A DNA stretch of 60,220 bases, the filler included, from Nemertoderma westbladi (taxonomy: Eukaryota; Animalia; Xenacoelomorpha), in the NCBI GenBank assembly GCA_032718475.1. It is 3 parts of 3 records of this genome, joined end to end, with 100 filler letters (N's around TTAATTAATTAA, not from the genome) between each part and the next. Parts side by side here need not be neighbours in the genome. Positions count along the whole stretch, not along the records: positions 19,020 to 38,158 come from JAUCBJ010007532.1; positions 38,259 to 60,220 come from JAUCBJ010005231.1; 1 more part is not named here. One strand, written 5' to 3'. Position 1 is the first letter of the stretch. The number at the start of each line of letters is the position of its first letter. The notes under the pieces were generated by a model. The model was given only the letters and a program-made list of their open reading frames with translations. It did no database searches and was not told where the DNA came from. The position numbers and the translations under genes were made by a program. Shown here piece after piece: positions 36,607-46,325 of this stretch.

Positions 36607-37084
36607 GTTAATCAGCCGTCAGCCACCGGAATGCCGAGTTACAACGATCCTCCTTACAGAGTATCTTTAGCAGCGAACAAAGACGAACCCCTGAATGTTG
36701 GAAGTCAGTTCAACACAACAGCTAAACCGTTTAAACAAGGTCCTGGTTCCACTACTGTATTTCATAACCAGTACAACTCGCCGGTTGGCTTGTATAGCTC
36801 CCAGAATATAGCCGACGCGTTTAAGGGGCAGACGCAAGGATTGGTCACGGATGTCCAGGTTGTTAGCGAACAACCTGGGTCGGTCTACGATCCACGGAAG
36901 TCTGCAACCTATCAGTTGATACAGAGCGAGAGGCAGACTACTACTAGCAGTGTTGTTCGTAGTGGTCGCCATGGGGATGAGGATGAGGGTAGTACGCGTC
37001 ACTATGGATACGGGGATCCAAACAGACAGAGTCGGTCGTTCAAGGCTTTGCAACAAATGACGGGAGAGGAACCTAGTGATGGAG
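36596..37084 (+). CDS. PDZ-LIM protein exon 2 (ZM motif)
   Basis: Acceptor CGTAG|CG (phase 1); FNTTAKPF, HNQYNSPVGLYS, QSRSFKALQ; donor G|GTGAGA at 37085. Confidence 0.85.
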
Positions 37085-37585
37085 GTGAGACAGTAGGTCC
37101 CATGAGAAGTTAAGTTTTCTTTAATTATATTAACTTTTTGATCTTTTTAAGAAGTGTTGCTTCAGTAAATTACACTTTTTGCTCTTCCACTGTTTTTGCA
37201 CCATAATTTACACTAAGAACAATCACAACTACTCTAATGTTAGGTCGGCCCCACAACTATTGATAATTATTTTTATAATGATATTTTGTTCAGATTAGTG
37301 GGTGCGAGTGGAACAATAACATCTTATTTCTATCAGAAAATATATAATAAATCTAAATTATTAATGGACTTTTGTCTGTAAACAAGGCCAAGCTCTCTTC
37401 TACTTAGTAGTTTATGACCGCAGCTAAAATTTAATATGTGTAATCGTATGTTTAATGTTGCAGTTTCAGCCTAAAGGTAAAGTAGTTGGTTAAATATTTT
37501 ATTTTAAATATTAAAACAATATGGAGGTTGTCATAGTAACCAAAAACAGAATTATTATAAATAATAAAAATTATTATTCATACAG

Positions 37586-37692
37586 GCGGGGGTATAAGAT
37601 CTGTGCGCGCACCCCAAACCACAGATCCAGTAAGGAAGAGTCACCTACAGCCGGGACAGACAACGCCACAATGTGGCGGGTGTAAAAGGTTA
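37586..37692 (+). CDS. PDZ-LIM protein exon 3 (start of LIM domain); rest lost at gap
   Basis: Acceptor ATACAG|GC (phase 1); GGIRSVRAP...PQCGGCKR; donor GTTAGT (37689) or GTATGT (37693). Confidence 0.75.
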
Positions 37693-38158
37693 GTATGTGG
37701 CGAACACGCACTGCCACCCAGGGCAGACAACCCTTCAATGTGGCGGCGGGTGTGGCGTCGCACTCAAAAATACAAAAATAGAACATCGAAGATGTCCTTT
37801 TTTGCATCGTGTATCTTGTATCTCTAGTGTACGGCTTCCAATATCATGTATTCTATAAATCGAGATGCAAGATGCAAATTTTATAGAATACATTTTTTCC
37901 TATCAAATGTACCAAATGGATATGCGAGTATAATTCGCAAATTTCTGTGGATCATATCGCAATTTATCATATAAATTTACCATAACGCCAACCACAGGTC
38001 TCAGTAATTTATTGAATGTATCCAATGCTCTCGTGAAATGAGGTTAGTTTGTTCCCACAACACAGAGCAACAGTTTAAATAACTTCATCTTCACTGTCGT
38101 CGATTGAAAATAATTAACTGATATGTGGAATGTCATGAAAAAAGTATAATTGGAATAA

Positions 38159-38258
38159 NNNNNNNNNNNNNNNNNNNNNNNNNNNNNNNNNNNNNNNNNN
38201 NNTTAATTAATTAANNNNNNNNNNNNNNNNNNNNNNNNNNNNNNNNNNNNNNNNNNNN
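38159..38258. other. Assembly gap/artificial linker
   Basis: 44 N + TTAATTAATTAA + 44 N. Confidence 0.97.
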
Positions 38259-38733
38259 ATATCTTAATCACTGCACCAAATTTTTTTTATTTTTTTTTTA
38301 TCAATTTTCAGAAATTCGTAGACTATGACATTGTTGTGTTAATTTTAATTTTATTTTGTAGAATATATTTCTGTAATTTTGTGTAATTTTAGAGCCTGCT
38401 CGGGCAACCATAAGTGTTTAATTTTTAATAACCTGCCTGGTTGTTTTCTCTCCTCATGTACTTTTAATTTAATTTTTATAAATACATAGAGTGATAATAA
38501 TAATAAAATAAGGCAAACCACAGTTGCAAACTGTCTTATCCTACTGTCTATTATAGGAAGGGATCTAGGGGTCTTAACCTCGAATGATAAGTTTATTTTA
38601 CCGAAAATAACTTATCTTTTATTGGCGCAATTGTAGGACTAATCCCATCACATGCGTACTTTTTTAACCGGGTAGTGTACAAATTTAGGAATCGCGTAAT
38701 TTTTCTTGAAATTAATATCTCATATCTCTCCAA

Positions 38734-38776
38734 ACCACGTACGCGTTTCGACCTTACTGGGTCTCATCAGCGTGGT
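38734..38776 (-). ncRNA. Minimal type I hammerhead ribozyme (inverted copy)
   Basis: Exact reverse complement of 38900-38942. Confidence 0.88.
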
Positions 38777-38843
38777 GTCGGATTCAGGGGCTAATAAAAT
38801 GGCAGCTGTCTTTGAAATTAATTCTCCATATCTCAAGAACCTG

Positions 38844-38896
38844 TGGCCTAGTGGTTGTAGTCTCGGCTTCCGCCTCGAGGTCCCAGGTTCGAATCC
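38844..38896 (+). promoter_or_regulatory. tRNA-derived internal Pol III promoter (A and B boxes)
   Basis: A box TGGCCTAGTGG 38844-38854; B box GGTTCGAATCC 38886-38896; tRNA-like spacing. Confidence 0.85.
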
Positions 38897-38899
38897 GAC

Positions 38900-38942
38900 A
38901 CCACGCTGATGAGACCCAGTAAGGTCGAAACGCGTACGTGGT
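38900..38942 (+). ncRNA. Minimal type I hammerhead ribozyme
   Basis: ACCACG-CTGATGA-GACC(CAGTAA)GGTC-GAAA-CGCG-TA^-CGTGGT; full core, 6-bp stem I, 4-bp stem II, palindromic minimal stem III. Confidence 0.9.
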
Positions 38943-39576
38943 TTGGAGAGATATGAGATATTAATTTCAAGAAAAATTACGCGATTCCTAAATTTTGTAC
39001 ACTAACCCGGTTAAAAAAGTACGCATGTGATGGGATTAGTCCTACAACTGCGCCAATAAAAGATAAGTTATTTTCGGTAAAATAAACTTATCATTCGAAG
39101 GTTAAGACCCCTAGATCCCTTCCTATAACAAATGTATAATAACAAACACCTCGAAAAATACAGCTTGCCAACACATTGTTACTATCAATTATCCTACTGT
39201 CGACTGTCCTAATCCAGTCTGCCAGTATACTGCTGTACTGCAGTACCGGTACTGCTATATTAGTATATCAGTATATACCGTAATATGTAATACATCAGAT
39301 TCATTATATTTAATTTCTTACAGATATGTTCTGATATTGCGTCTACCGTCTGACAGTAGTAATTTGCAATTTGTGCCGAATATTCGGCAACTCAAATTTT
39401 AAAATTCGGCCGGAACCGAATATGCCAAATTTGACAAAATTCGGTACCGAACCGAATAATTCGGTCGATCCCTTCCCTAGTCATACTGTCATAAGCTAAA
39501 TAATACGTACCGGTAATACAGTAATAAGATAGGGCAGTAGGGTAATCCTTAAGAGTTCGTTCAGTCGTTATACGTT

Positions 39577-41145
39577 ATGTCGACTGAAGACGTCTTGTTG
39601 TTAATTGACAGCGTTAGATGTAAAAAGCAAGATGGCTCGTTGTTTGTCATGACAACCCGTATAGCGTGGGCAACGAAAGGAAAAAAGTCTAGTTTCTCTG
39701 TTGATATCCATTATGCCGATATCAAATCTCAAAAGATTAGTCCAGAAGGCAAAAGCAAAGTTCAATTGCAAATAATTTTACACGCGGGGGATGCAATAAA
39801 CTTCCACTTTAACGCCTCCGACCCGAATAGGTCAATAAAGGAACGAGACCAAGTCAAAGAACTCCTCCAGTCATTATTACCGAAATTTCGTAAAACAGTG
39901 AATAAAGATCTGGAGGAGAAAACTAAATTAATGCAACAAGATGCTCAACTGTTTAGTTTGTACAAGGAACTAGTTGTAGGCGGCGTCATATCGTCTGAAG
40001 AGTTCTGGTCCAATCGCCAGCCGAGCAGTTCCGATTCCGTCCAACAACTCGGTATATCTGCTGCATTCCTCGGCGCCATCCAACCACAAGCGGACGGCTG
40101 TAACAGTATCCGGTACAACCTCACCGCCGATATTATCGACTCTATATTCCGCACATACCCGGAAGTCAAGAAGAAACACAGTGACATGGTTCCCGACAAA
40201 CTCAGTGAGTCAGACTTTTGGAGTCGGTTTTTCCAATCGCATTACCTCCACAGAGACCAACTAGTCGCTACGGGTTGTAACTCCAATGACCTGTTTGCTG
40301 ATTGCGCGTCGAGTGACTCATTTAAAGCGACTCTAGTCAACGGAGTCTCCGACCCTCTACTGGATCTAACTCTAATGAAGGACAACCTTTCTTTAGAGGA
40401 GTCTGATGAGGCAACCCCTTCATCCTCCAACCAAACCCACCAAGCCAACCTCAATATGATTCGTCGGTTCAACAATCATTCCTCGATGATATTGAAATCG
40501 TTGACGAGGAAACGGGACTCTCAATCTCCAGTTCAGGACGCATCTCAGAGGAAACAGATGCGAATCCAGGAATCCATCCGCAATGAGGACTTACTGGACT
40601 CAGATAAATCGAGTACTATAAACCTAAACATTAGTAATGTGCAGCAGTACATGCAGGGACCCACACCGAGTGCTCATTGCGATGGTAGATTGGCTCGCAC
40701 TCAGGACACCACATACTTAATGGACGCAATGAGTGAGTGGGAACCGCGGCTTACTAATGTTATTAGCAGTGAGGACGCCGAGCGGGTCATGGTGGAACTT
40801 TCCCCCGGTGGGTCTCTAATCGCTCCGTTACAGACCGGCTCCATCAATGCTTTACTAGACCCAGCCAGCATGGACGAGCTCAGGGCGATGTATGTCACTC
40901 TCTCGGAGATCCTCAGACACTTCTGGTCTTGTTTCCCAGTGACCAGCCCCCAACTGGAACAGAAATTAGTTCGTTTGGTTAATCATCTAAATGGGTTTAA
41001 AAGCAACCGGGTCGATCAGTTCCAGATGAAACTGCGGCGATTGGGAGTGGATGCTGATGTTTCACATCAGTTGAACACAATGGTGTTTAAATCGATAGCT
41101 AAATACGAACAATGGTTGAGTAAACGACAATCGATGCTGAGATAA
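39577..41145 (+). CDS. GTF2H1: TFIIH subunit 1 (p62), single coding exon
   Basis: 522 aa; PH domain QKISPEGKSKVQLQIILH, BSD domains (LYKELV...EEFW; IFRTYP.VK..FW.RFFQSHY), RRFNNHS, LRHFWSCFP. Confidence 0.96.
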   Translation: MSTEDVLLLIDSVRCKKQDGSLFVMTTRIAWATKGKKSSFSVDIHYADIKSQKISPEGKSKVQLQIILHAGDAINFHFNASDPNRSIKERDQVKELLQSLLPKFRKTVNKDLEEKTKLMQQDAQLFSLYKELVVGGVISSEEFWSNRQPSSSDSVQQLGISAAFLGAIQPQADGCNSIRYNLTADIIDSIFRTYPEVKKKHSDMVPDKLSESDFWSRFFQSHYLHRDQLVATGCNSNDLFADCASSDSFKATLVNGVSDPLLDLTLMKDNLSLEESDEATPSSSNQTHQANLNMIRRFNNHSSMILKSLTRKRDSQSPVQDASQRKQMRIQESIRNEDLLDSDKSSTINLNISNVQQYMQGPTPSAHCDGRLARTQDTTYLMDAMSEWEPRLTNVISSEDAERVMVELSPGGSLIAPLQTGSINALLDPASMDELRAMYVTLSEILRHFWSCFPVTSPQLEQKLVRLVNHLNGFKSNRVDQFQMKLRRLGVDADVSHQLNTMVFKSIAKYEQWLSKRQSMLR

Positions 41146-41224
41146 CAGAAAATAATTGAAATATCAGACATAATTAATATAATGATATCGTTGGGATGGT
41201 GTGTTTTATAATAGGGTACTGTGA

Positions 41225-41955
41225 GATCTAAGAGATGGTCTCGGTATCGGGATTTTTGAGACGGTCCGGGTTATGATAACTGGATCTGTATCTTTTAGAC
41301 ACCATATGTGCTAAGCTAGTGTGATTTTAGAGATGGTCTTTGCTTTGAGAACTGGATCTTAGAAATAATTGGTATTAACCTAGCGTGATCTTACAGATCA
41401 TTTGTGGTAAGATAGAGAGATGATAGCGGTGGTCGGTGCTAAGATAGAGTGATCTTAGACGCCATTTATGAAGATAGCTGGATCTTAGACACCTTTTGTG
41501 CTACGATAGCGAGCGTGATCTAAGAGATGGTCTTTGCTAAGATAGTATGATCTTAGAGACCAATTATGCTAAGATAAAGATAGCTGGATCTTAGACACCT
41601 TTTGTGCTAAGATCATAGAGCATAGATGGCCCATACTTAGAGACCATTTAGTTCGATTTAGACCATTCAATCATGCTAAGTTAGCTGGATCTTAGACACC
41701 CTTTGTGCTAAGATAACATATAACTTGATCTTAGAGATGATTTTTTTAAGATGGCGTGATCTTAGAGACCATTTATGTTGAGATAGCTGGATCTTAGACA
41801 CCTTTTGTACTAAGATAACTTGATCTTATAGATAATCTTTACGGAGATAGCTGGATCTTAGGTGGTGCTAGCTAATGATGGTATGTGCTAAGATAGCGGT
41901 ATCATAAAGATGGTCTTCTGCTAATCTGAATCATAGAGACGATCTGTGCTAAGAT
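41225..41955. repeat. Degenerate ~31-bp tandem array with internal palindrome
   Basis: CTAAGATAGCTGGATCTTAGACACCTTTTGTG-like units (CTAAGAT/ATCTTAG arms). Confidence 0.85.
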
Positions 41956-42217
41956 TTTATTTTTTTATATCCCTTCTTCTCCAGTGCAATTATTGATTAA
42001 TTAAACAATGAGTTATTCATTTATTTACGTAAGAATAATAATAATACAATCTAATATGGTCTACAATATCAATTTATGAATAATCGTTTGAGTTTTATCA
42101 TAAAATGTAATTGTCATTTATTTTGTTTAATTAAACTATCTTCACACAATTTGTGAAAATCATTAAACTCTATTTATTTCCAAATACCAAGACCAGATAG
42201 GACTTCACTGCATTGGG

Positions 42218-42223
42218 CAGATA

Positions 42224-42262
<39 letters not shown>

Positions 42263-42510
42263 ACTCGACGCAATAAAAATTCAACCCTCTCCAGAGGAAA
42301 TTCGACGCAAATAACAGCTGATTACTCTCAAAAATAAAACTGTAACCTGTTCTATTGTGTTTAGTTTATTGTTTTGGTTAAAATAACGTGCCACTGTAAC
42401 CTGCTCCTTTCCCTATAATTGATAATTTAACATTGAGGCGGGATATTAATTCGCCAAGGCGGGTTTTGCGTCGAGTTTCCCCCCCCCCCCCCCCCCCCCT
42501 GTCTCGTCTC
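42218..42510 (+). mobile_element. Complete polyG/polyC-TIR MITE
   Basis: AGATA(G)nAACTCGACGCAA ... TTGCGTCGAGTTT(C)nTGTCT; GCATTGGG on both flanks. Confidence 0.85.
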
Positions 42511-43556
42511 GCATTGGGACTTTACTCTGTTGTCTTGAGGAAGCCTTCATGTTGTCTGTTGTCTTGATGCAGGGGGAGGGCTCCTAAACTTACTGATCAG
42601 CTGTGTACCGTCTCCTGATTACAAATTACAAATATAGGTACCTTTTAAAAGTCTTATTATATTATCTATTAAAAGAAAACTTACCGGTGGGCGGTAGGCC
42701 TACCGTTAAGTTTTCTTTTACCTGACTTGCTTGAAGAATAATTCCCTTGAAATTACATTTATTACAATTAATTAATGTTCCTTATTTACTTGTTGTTTGT
42801 TGAACTATTCAAGTTAATTCTGCAGTTCATTTAATTTGAATTATGTGTATTCTAATGAATTGTAATTCTTCTTGACTCGCATTTCAACAAATATTGATTT
42901 ATTAAAATTATGATTCTATTTTACTATTTTGGTTTACATTAAAAAGCATAACTAATTTGTACTGTTGTATAATATAATAATATAAATCAATTTGGATATT
43001 ACTATACCTGCCAGCGTAGTTGCATTTTATATCAGCATCAGCTGACACATATTAACCAGCTAGTTGTAACCGGTTTGGATTATCATTTAGTCTGAGAGAG
43101 AATTGCTTGCTAAGAATTCTTTTATAGACTGGTTGTGATCATAAGGGAGGGCGAGGGCACAATCTATATTTTACTAGATCCTGACTGTGTAATGGATAGG
43201 GGTTTTTAATAATATTAAGTGCCCGGTACCGTCAGACCGTACTGTTAGTTTGTTGTAGTTGCAGTTCTTATGTTTTTATACTCTTTTTATATACCGGTAA
43301 TATTAGTGACATATGAAATTAATGAAAAAAAGTGGTCATATGGGGTGGTGTGTTAAGCATCAGCATCACCCAATCATCATTCATAATTTTATATTACAGT
43401 ATTTATGAATGTATAACAGTATAATTTTCATCATAATTTACCTGCTATTCTTAAATTGTGTTGCGTTTGGTTTATCAGTAATCCATTTATCGTATTTTTA
43501 CCAGATGATAAGTTTTTAGGTTAAAGTTGTTTATTTTAAGTTTAATTTTATTGAAT

Positions 43557-46325
43557 ATGAATCCAACCGATAGTGAGTTTTATAAAGAGGAGGGAAACGA
43601 TTTGTTTAAACGAGGTAAATACGAGGAGGCCATTGAATCGTACACGCAGGCGCTTTCTGTTTGTGCGGATAGAAGTTCCCGAGATACCGCATTGGTGTAC
43701 TACAAGAACCGAGCGGCGTGCCGCATTAAACTCAACCAGTTCCCAGCCGCCTTACATGATTGCGAGAGCGCGTTATCGATTCAACCCAACGATACCAAGT
43801 CCTTGTTTCGTAAGTGTCAAGCCCTAGAAGGTCTACAGAGGCTATCAGAAGCGCTCACCTCCGCAAAGTTACTCGTCCAACTAGAACCCAAAGACTCAGG
43901 GGTAATTGACCTTCTTAGACGTCTCAATAAAAACTTACATCTACAATGCGATGAGATGAATTCGACTGTTCATTTAATTAATAAGATGTTGGAGTTGGTC
44001 ACTGACCCAGCTGTCGCTGACATTGAGAAGAAGTCGCAAGCCTTCAAAAACCTCATTGTTCTGTCCCACGAAGGCGGCGGTTCACAGCTGATGTTGGAGG
44101 CCAATGTTGTAGATAAACTATGCGAGCTTATAGATGGGCCAAATGTTGAGTATAAAGTCGCTTCCCTAAAGGTTCTTACGGGTCTAGTCGGACACGGTTC
44201 ACGTCGCGCTCAATCACTCTTCGATTCGGTTACTCTAAAACGTCTGTCCGTCTGTCTGTCAGCCAAGGAGGAGGTCCTTAGCAACGCCGTAGTTCCCCTG
44301 GTTACGGGCTACTACGACCAGATCCTGGGCCGACCCACGGAGGACGATGATAGCTCCGCTAGGTGGCGCTACTCCGGGAGTACTGACTCTCTCCTTCCGC
44401 TGCTAGACCTCGCGTTGGTTGCGCTAACAGACCCCGCTCTCTCGGGCGTCGGACGCGACAACGTGGTTGCCATAGTAACGCGCAACTTCCTACGCGTGGG
44501 CGGGGCTGGTCTGACTATGACTTGGACCAATGGGGGCGGAGTGGCGCGATTACTGCGGGTTGTGGCTGCTTGCCGACCTAACGGCGTCCTAGCGACCACA
44601 CCTCGCACCATGGCAACCGTTTCCTTGGCGTTGAGTCGTATCTACGACGATTACAACGAAGACGCGGAAAGGAATCGTTTCGGCGACATCTGCGGGAAGA
44701 TAACCGGGGAGTTGGTACCCTCGGGGGGCGACGGGGGCGACTGGGTGGGCGCGGGACTCCTCCTCACTGCCCTCCTCCAGGGCCCCTACGAGGCCGCCTC
44801 CGAGCTCCTCTCCCGGTTCCCCTTCGTCGACCGACTCCTCGCGATGTCCGCCGCCCCGGGACCCGGACGCACCGTCGCTCTGGAGGCCCTCGCCCAGATC
44901 GCCGGCGCCAAGAAGCACAACCGCCTGCTGCTGGGGGCCGGGGTCGCCGTTTTGGAGTCGGTGTTCGCCGGCTCCGGGGACCCCGCAGTCCGCGCGCCCG
45001 CATTGGTCGCGCTCTGTAAGCTCGGCGCGTCCTCCGGGTCCGACTCCGCGCGGCGCGTCTTCGACTCCGAGACCATGGAGGAGCTCTCGGACGCCGCGCT
45101 CCAGTTCCTCCTGTCCGGATCGGCCGAGGTGCGGCGATGGGCCGTGGAATGTTTCGCCTATCTGTCGCTGGACGCCGAGGTTAAGGAGCTGCTCTGCGGA
45201 GATTCGCAATGCGTGGCGGCGATGTTGGACGTGGCCAAGTGCGCGAATCCGTTGTCGTTGTACTCCGTCGCGTTGGTCCTCGTTAACTGCACCAACACTT
45301 ACGATACAAAGAAGGTGGACGACGAGTTGGTTAAACTCGCAGAGTACGCGAAGCAGCACATCCCGAAGGAGCATCCCAAGGACGGGAGTAAGTACGTTCT
45401 AGAACGACGGGATGCGTTGCTACGCAACGGGGTTGTATCCGCGTTGGTTTGCTGCGACGCGGCGGAGAGCGAGCAGACGCAGGAGTTGATCGCGCGGGTG
45501 TTTAACGGGTTGGCGGAGCGGGTTGAATCGCGAGGGGTGCTCGTGCAGCAGGGCGCAGCGCGGAGTTTACTGAAACTCGCGCAGCGCGGCACGCTCGAGG
45601 GCCGCGCATACGCGGCGCAAGCGGTGGCCCGTCTAGGGATCTCCATCAATCCGGAGATTGCGTTCCCTGGGCAACGGATTCTGGACACCGTCCGGCCGCT
45701 GGTCCGTCTGTTGGACATCGAACACAGCGGTTTACAGAACTTCGAGTCGTTGTTGTGTCTTACTAACATCGCATCGGTTAGTCCCTCGGCGAGGAAACGG
45801 ATTCTCCGCGAGAAGGGTTTCTCTAAAGTCGAGCATTATATGTTCGAGGAGCACGATCTGATTAAACGAGCCGCCACGCAGTGTATGTGCAATCTGGTGC
45901 TGGAGGTTGAGGCTGTCGAGAGATTCACAGGGGATAACGACCGGGTCAAACTGTTGTTACTGTATTCGGTAGATGAGGAAGATAAAGAGCTGTGTATGGC
46001 GGCGGCCGGGGCTCTAGCCGTGGTCACAAGGAACCACGACGTCGCCCTAAAGGTCAGGGACGTGTCCACTTGGTTGGATATCCTGCTCGCTATATGTTCG
46101 TCTGATAGCGCTGATATGTCCCTTCGTGGAGTTCATGTCGTCTACAACCTCATGGACGCCAGCAAAGAGATGGCCGAGGCAATGATCCAAGGAGAACTCT
46201 TGGAGGTTTTAATGGCTCTTAGTAAAGTCGAAGGCAATTACAATTCGCTAGATGAACTCCATAAAGCTTGCGAACACGCACTGAGTAAAGCAGTTGAATA
46301 TGGACTAATAAGTCACAATAAATAA
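43557..46325 (+). CDS. UNC45: UNC-45 myosin chaperone (TPR + ARM/UCS), single coding exon
   Basis: ATG 43557, 922 aa; KEEGNDLFK, YKNRAAC, LAYL-like FAYLSLDAEVKE, LAEYAKQHIPKEHPKD, NPEIAFPGQR, LQNFESLLCLTNIA. Confidence 0.96.
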   Translation: MNPTDSEFYKEEGNDLFKRGKYEEAIESYTQALSVCADRSSRDTALVYYKNRAACRIKLNQFPAALHDCESALSIQPNDTKSLFRKCQALEGLQRLSEALTSAKLLVQLEPKDSGVIDLLRRLNKNLHLQCDEMNSTVHLINKMLELVTDPAVADIEKKSQAFKNLIVLSHEGGGSQLMLEANVVDKLCELIDGPNVEYKVASLKVLTGLVGHGSRRAQSLFDSVTLKRLSVCLSAKEEVLSNAVVPLVTGYYDQILGRPTEDDDSSARWRYSGSTDSLLPLLDLALVALTDPALSGVGRDNVVAIVTRNFLRVGGAGLTMTWTNGGGVARLLRVVAACRPNGVLATTPRTMATVSLALSRIYDDYNEDAERNRFGDICGKITGELVPSGGDGGDWVGAGLLLTALLQGPYEAASELLSRFPFVDRLLAMSAAPGPGRTVALEALAQIAGAKKHNRLLLGAGVAVLESVFAGSGDPAVRAPALVALCKLGASSGSDSARRVFDSETMEELSDAALQFLLSGSAEVRRWAVECFAYLSLDAEVKELLCGDSQCVAAMLDVAKCANPLSLYSVALVLVNCTNTYDTKKVDDELVKLAEYAKQHIPKEHPKDGSKYVLERRDALLRNGVVSALVCCDAAESEQTQELIARVFNGLAERVESRGVLVQQGAARSLLKLAQRGTLEGRAYAAQAVARLGISINPEIAFPGQRILDTVRPLVRLLDIEHSGLQNFESLLCLTNIASVSPSARKRILREKGFSKVEHYMFEEHDLIKRAATQCMCNLVLEVEAVERFTGDNDRVKLLLLYSVDEEDKELCMAAAGALAVVTRNHDVALKVRDVSTWLDILLAICSSDSADMSLRGVHVVYNLMDASKEMAEAMIQGELLEVLMALSKVEGNYNSLDELHKACEHALSKAVEYGLISHNK

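Larger units (their letters stand above)
38549..39188 (+). mobile_element. Non-autonomous hammerhead-bearing retroelement with inverted arms and 13-bp TSD
   Basis: Arms 38551-38785 / 38891-39128 are near-perfect inverted repeats; TTATCCTACTGTC at 38536-38548 and 39189-39201. Confidence 0.85.

Noticed and set aside
38840-38905. Functional tRNA gene
   Set aside because: A/B boxes present but no convincing acceptor stem or terminator; runs straight into the hammerhead
44369-46069. Long antisense ORFs over UNC-45
   Set aside because: Explained by high GC and codon bias; no recognisable domains
35474-46325. Muscle gene cluster (PDZ-LIM + UNC-45)
   Set aside because: Separated by an artificial linker gap, so linkage is not established
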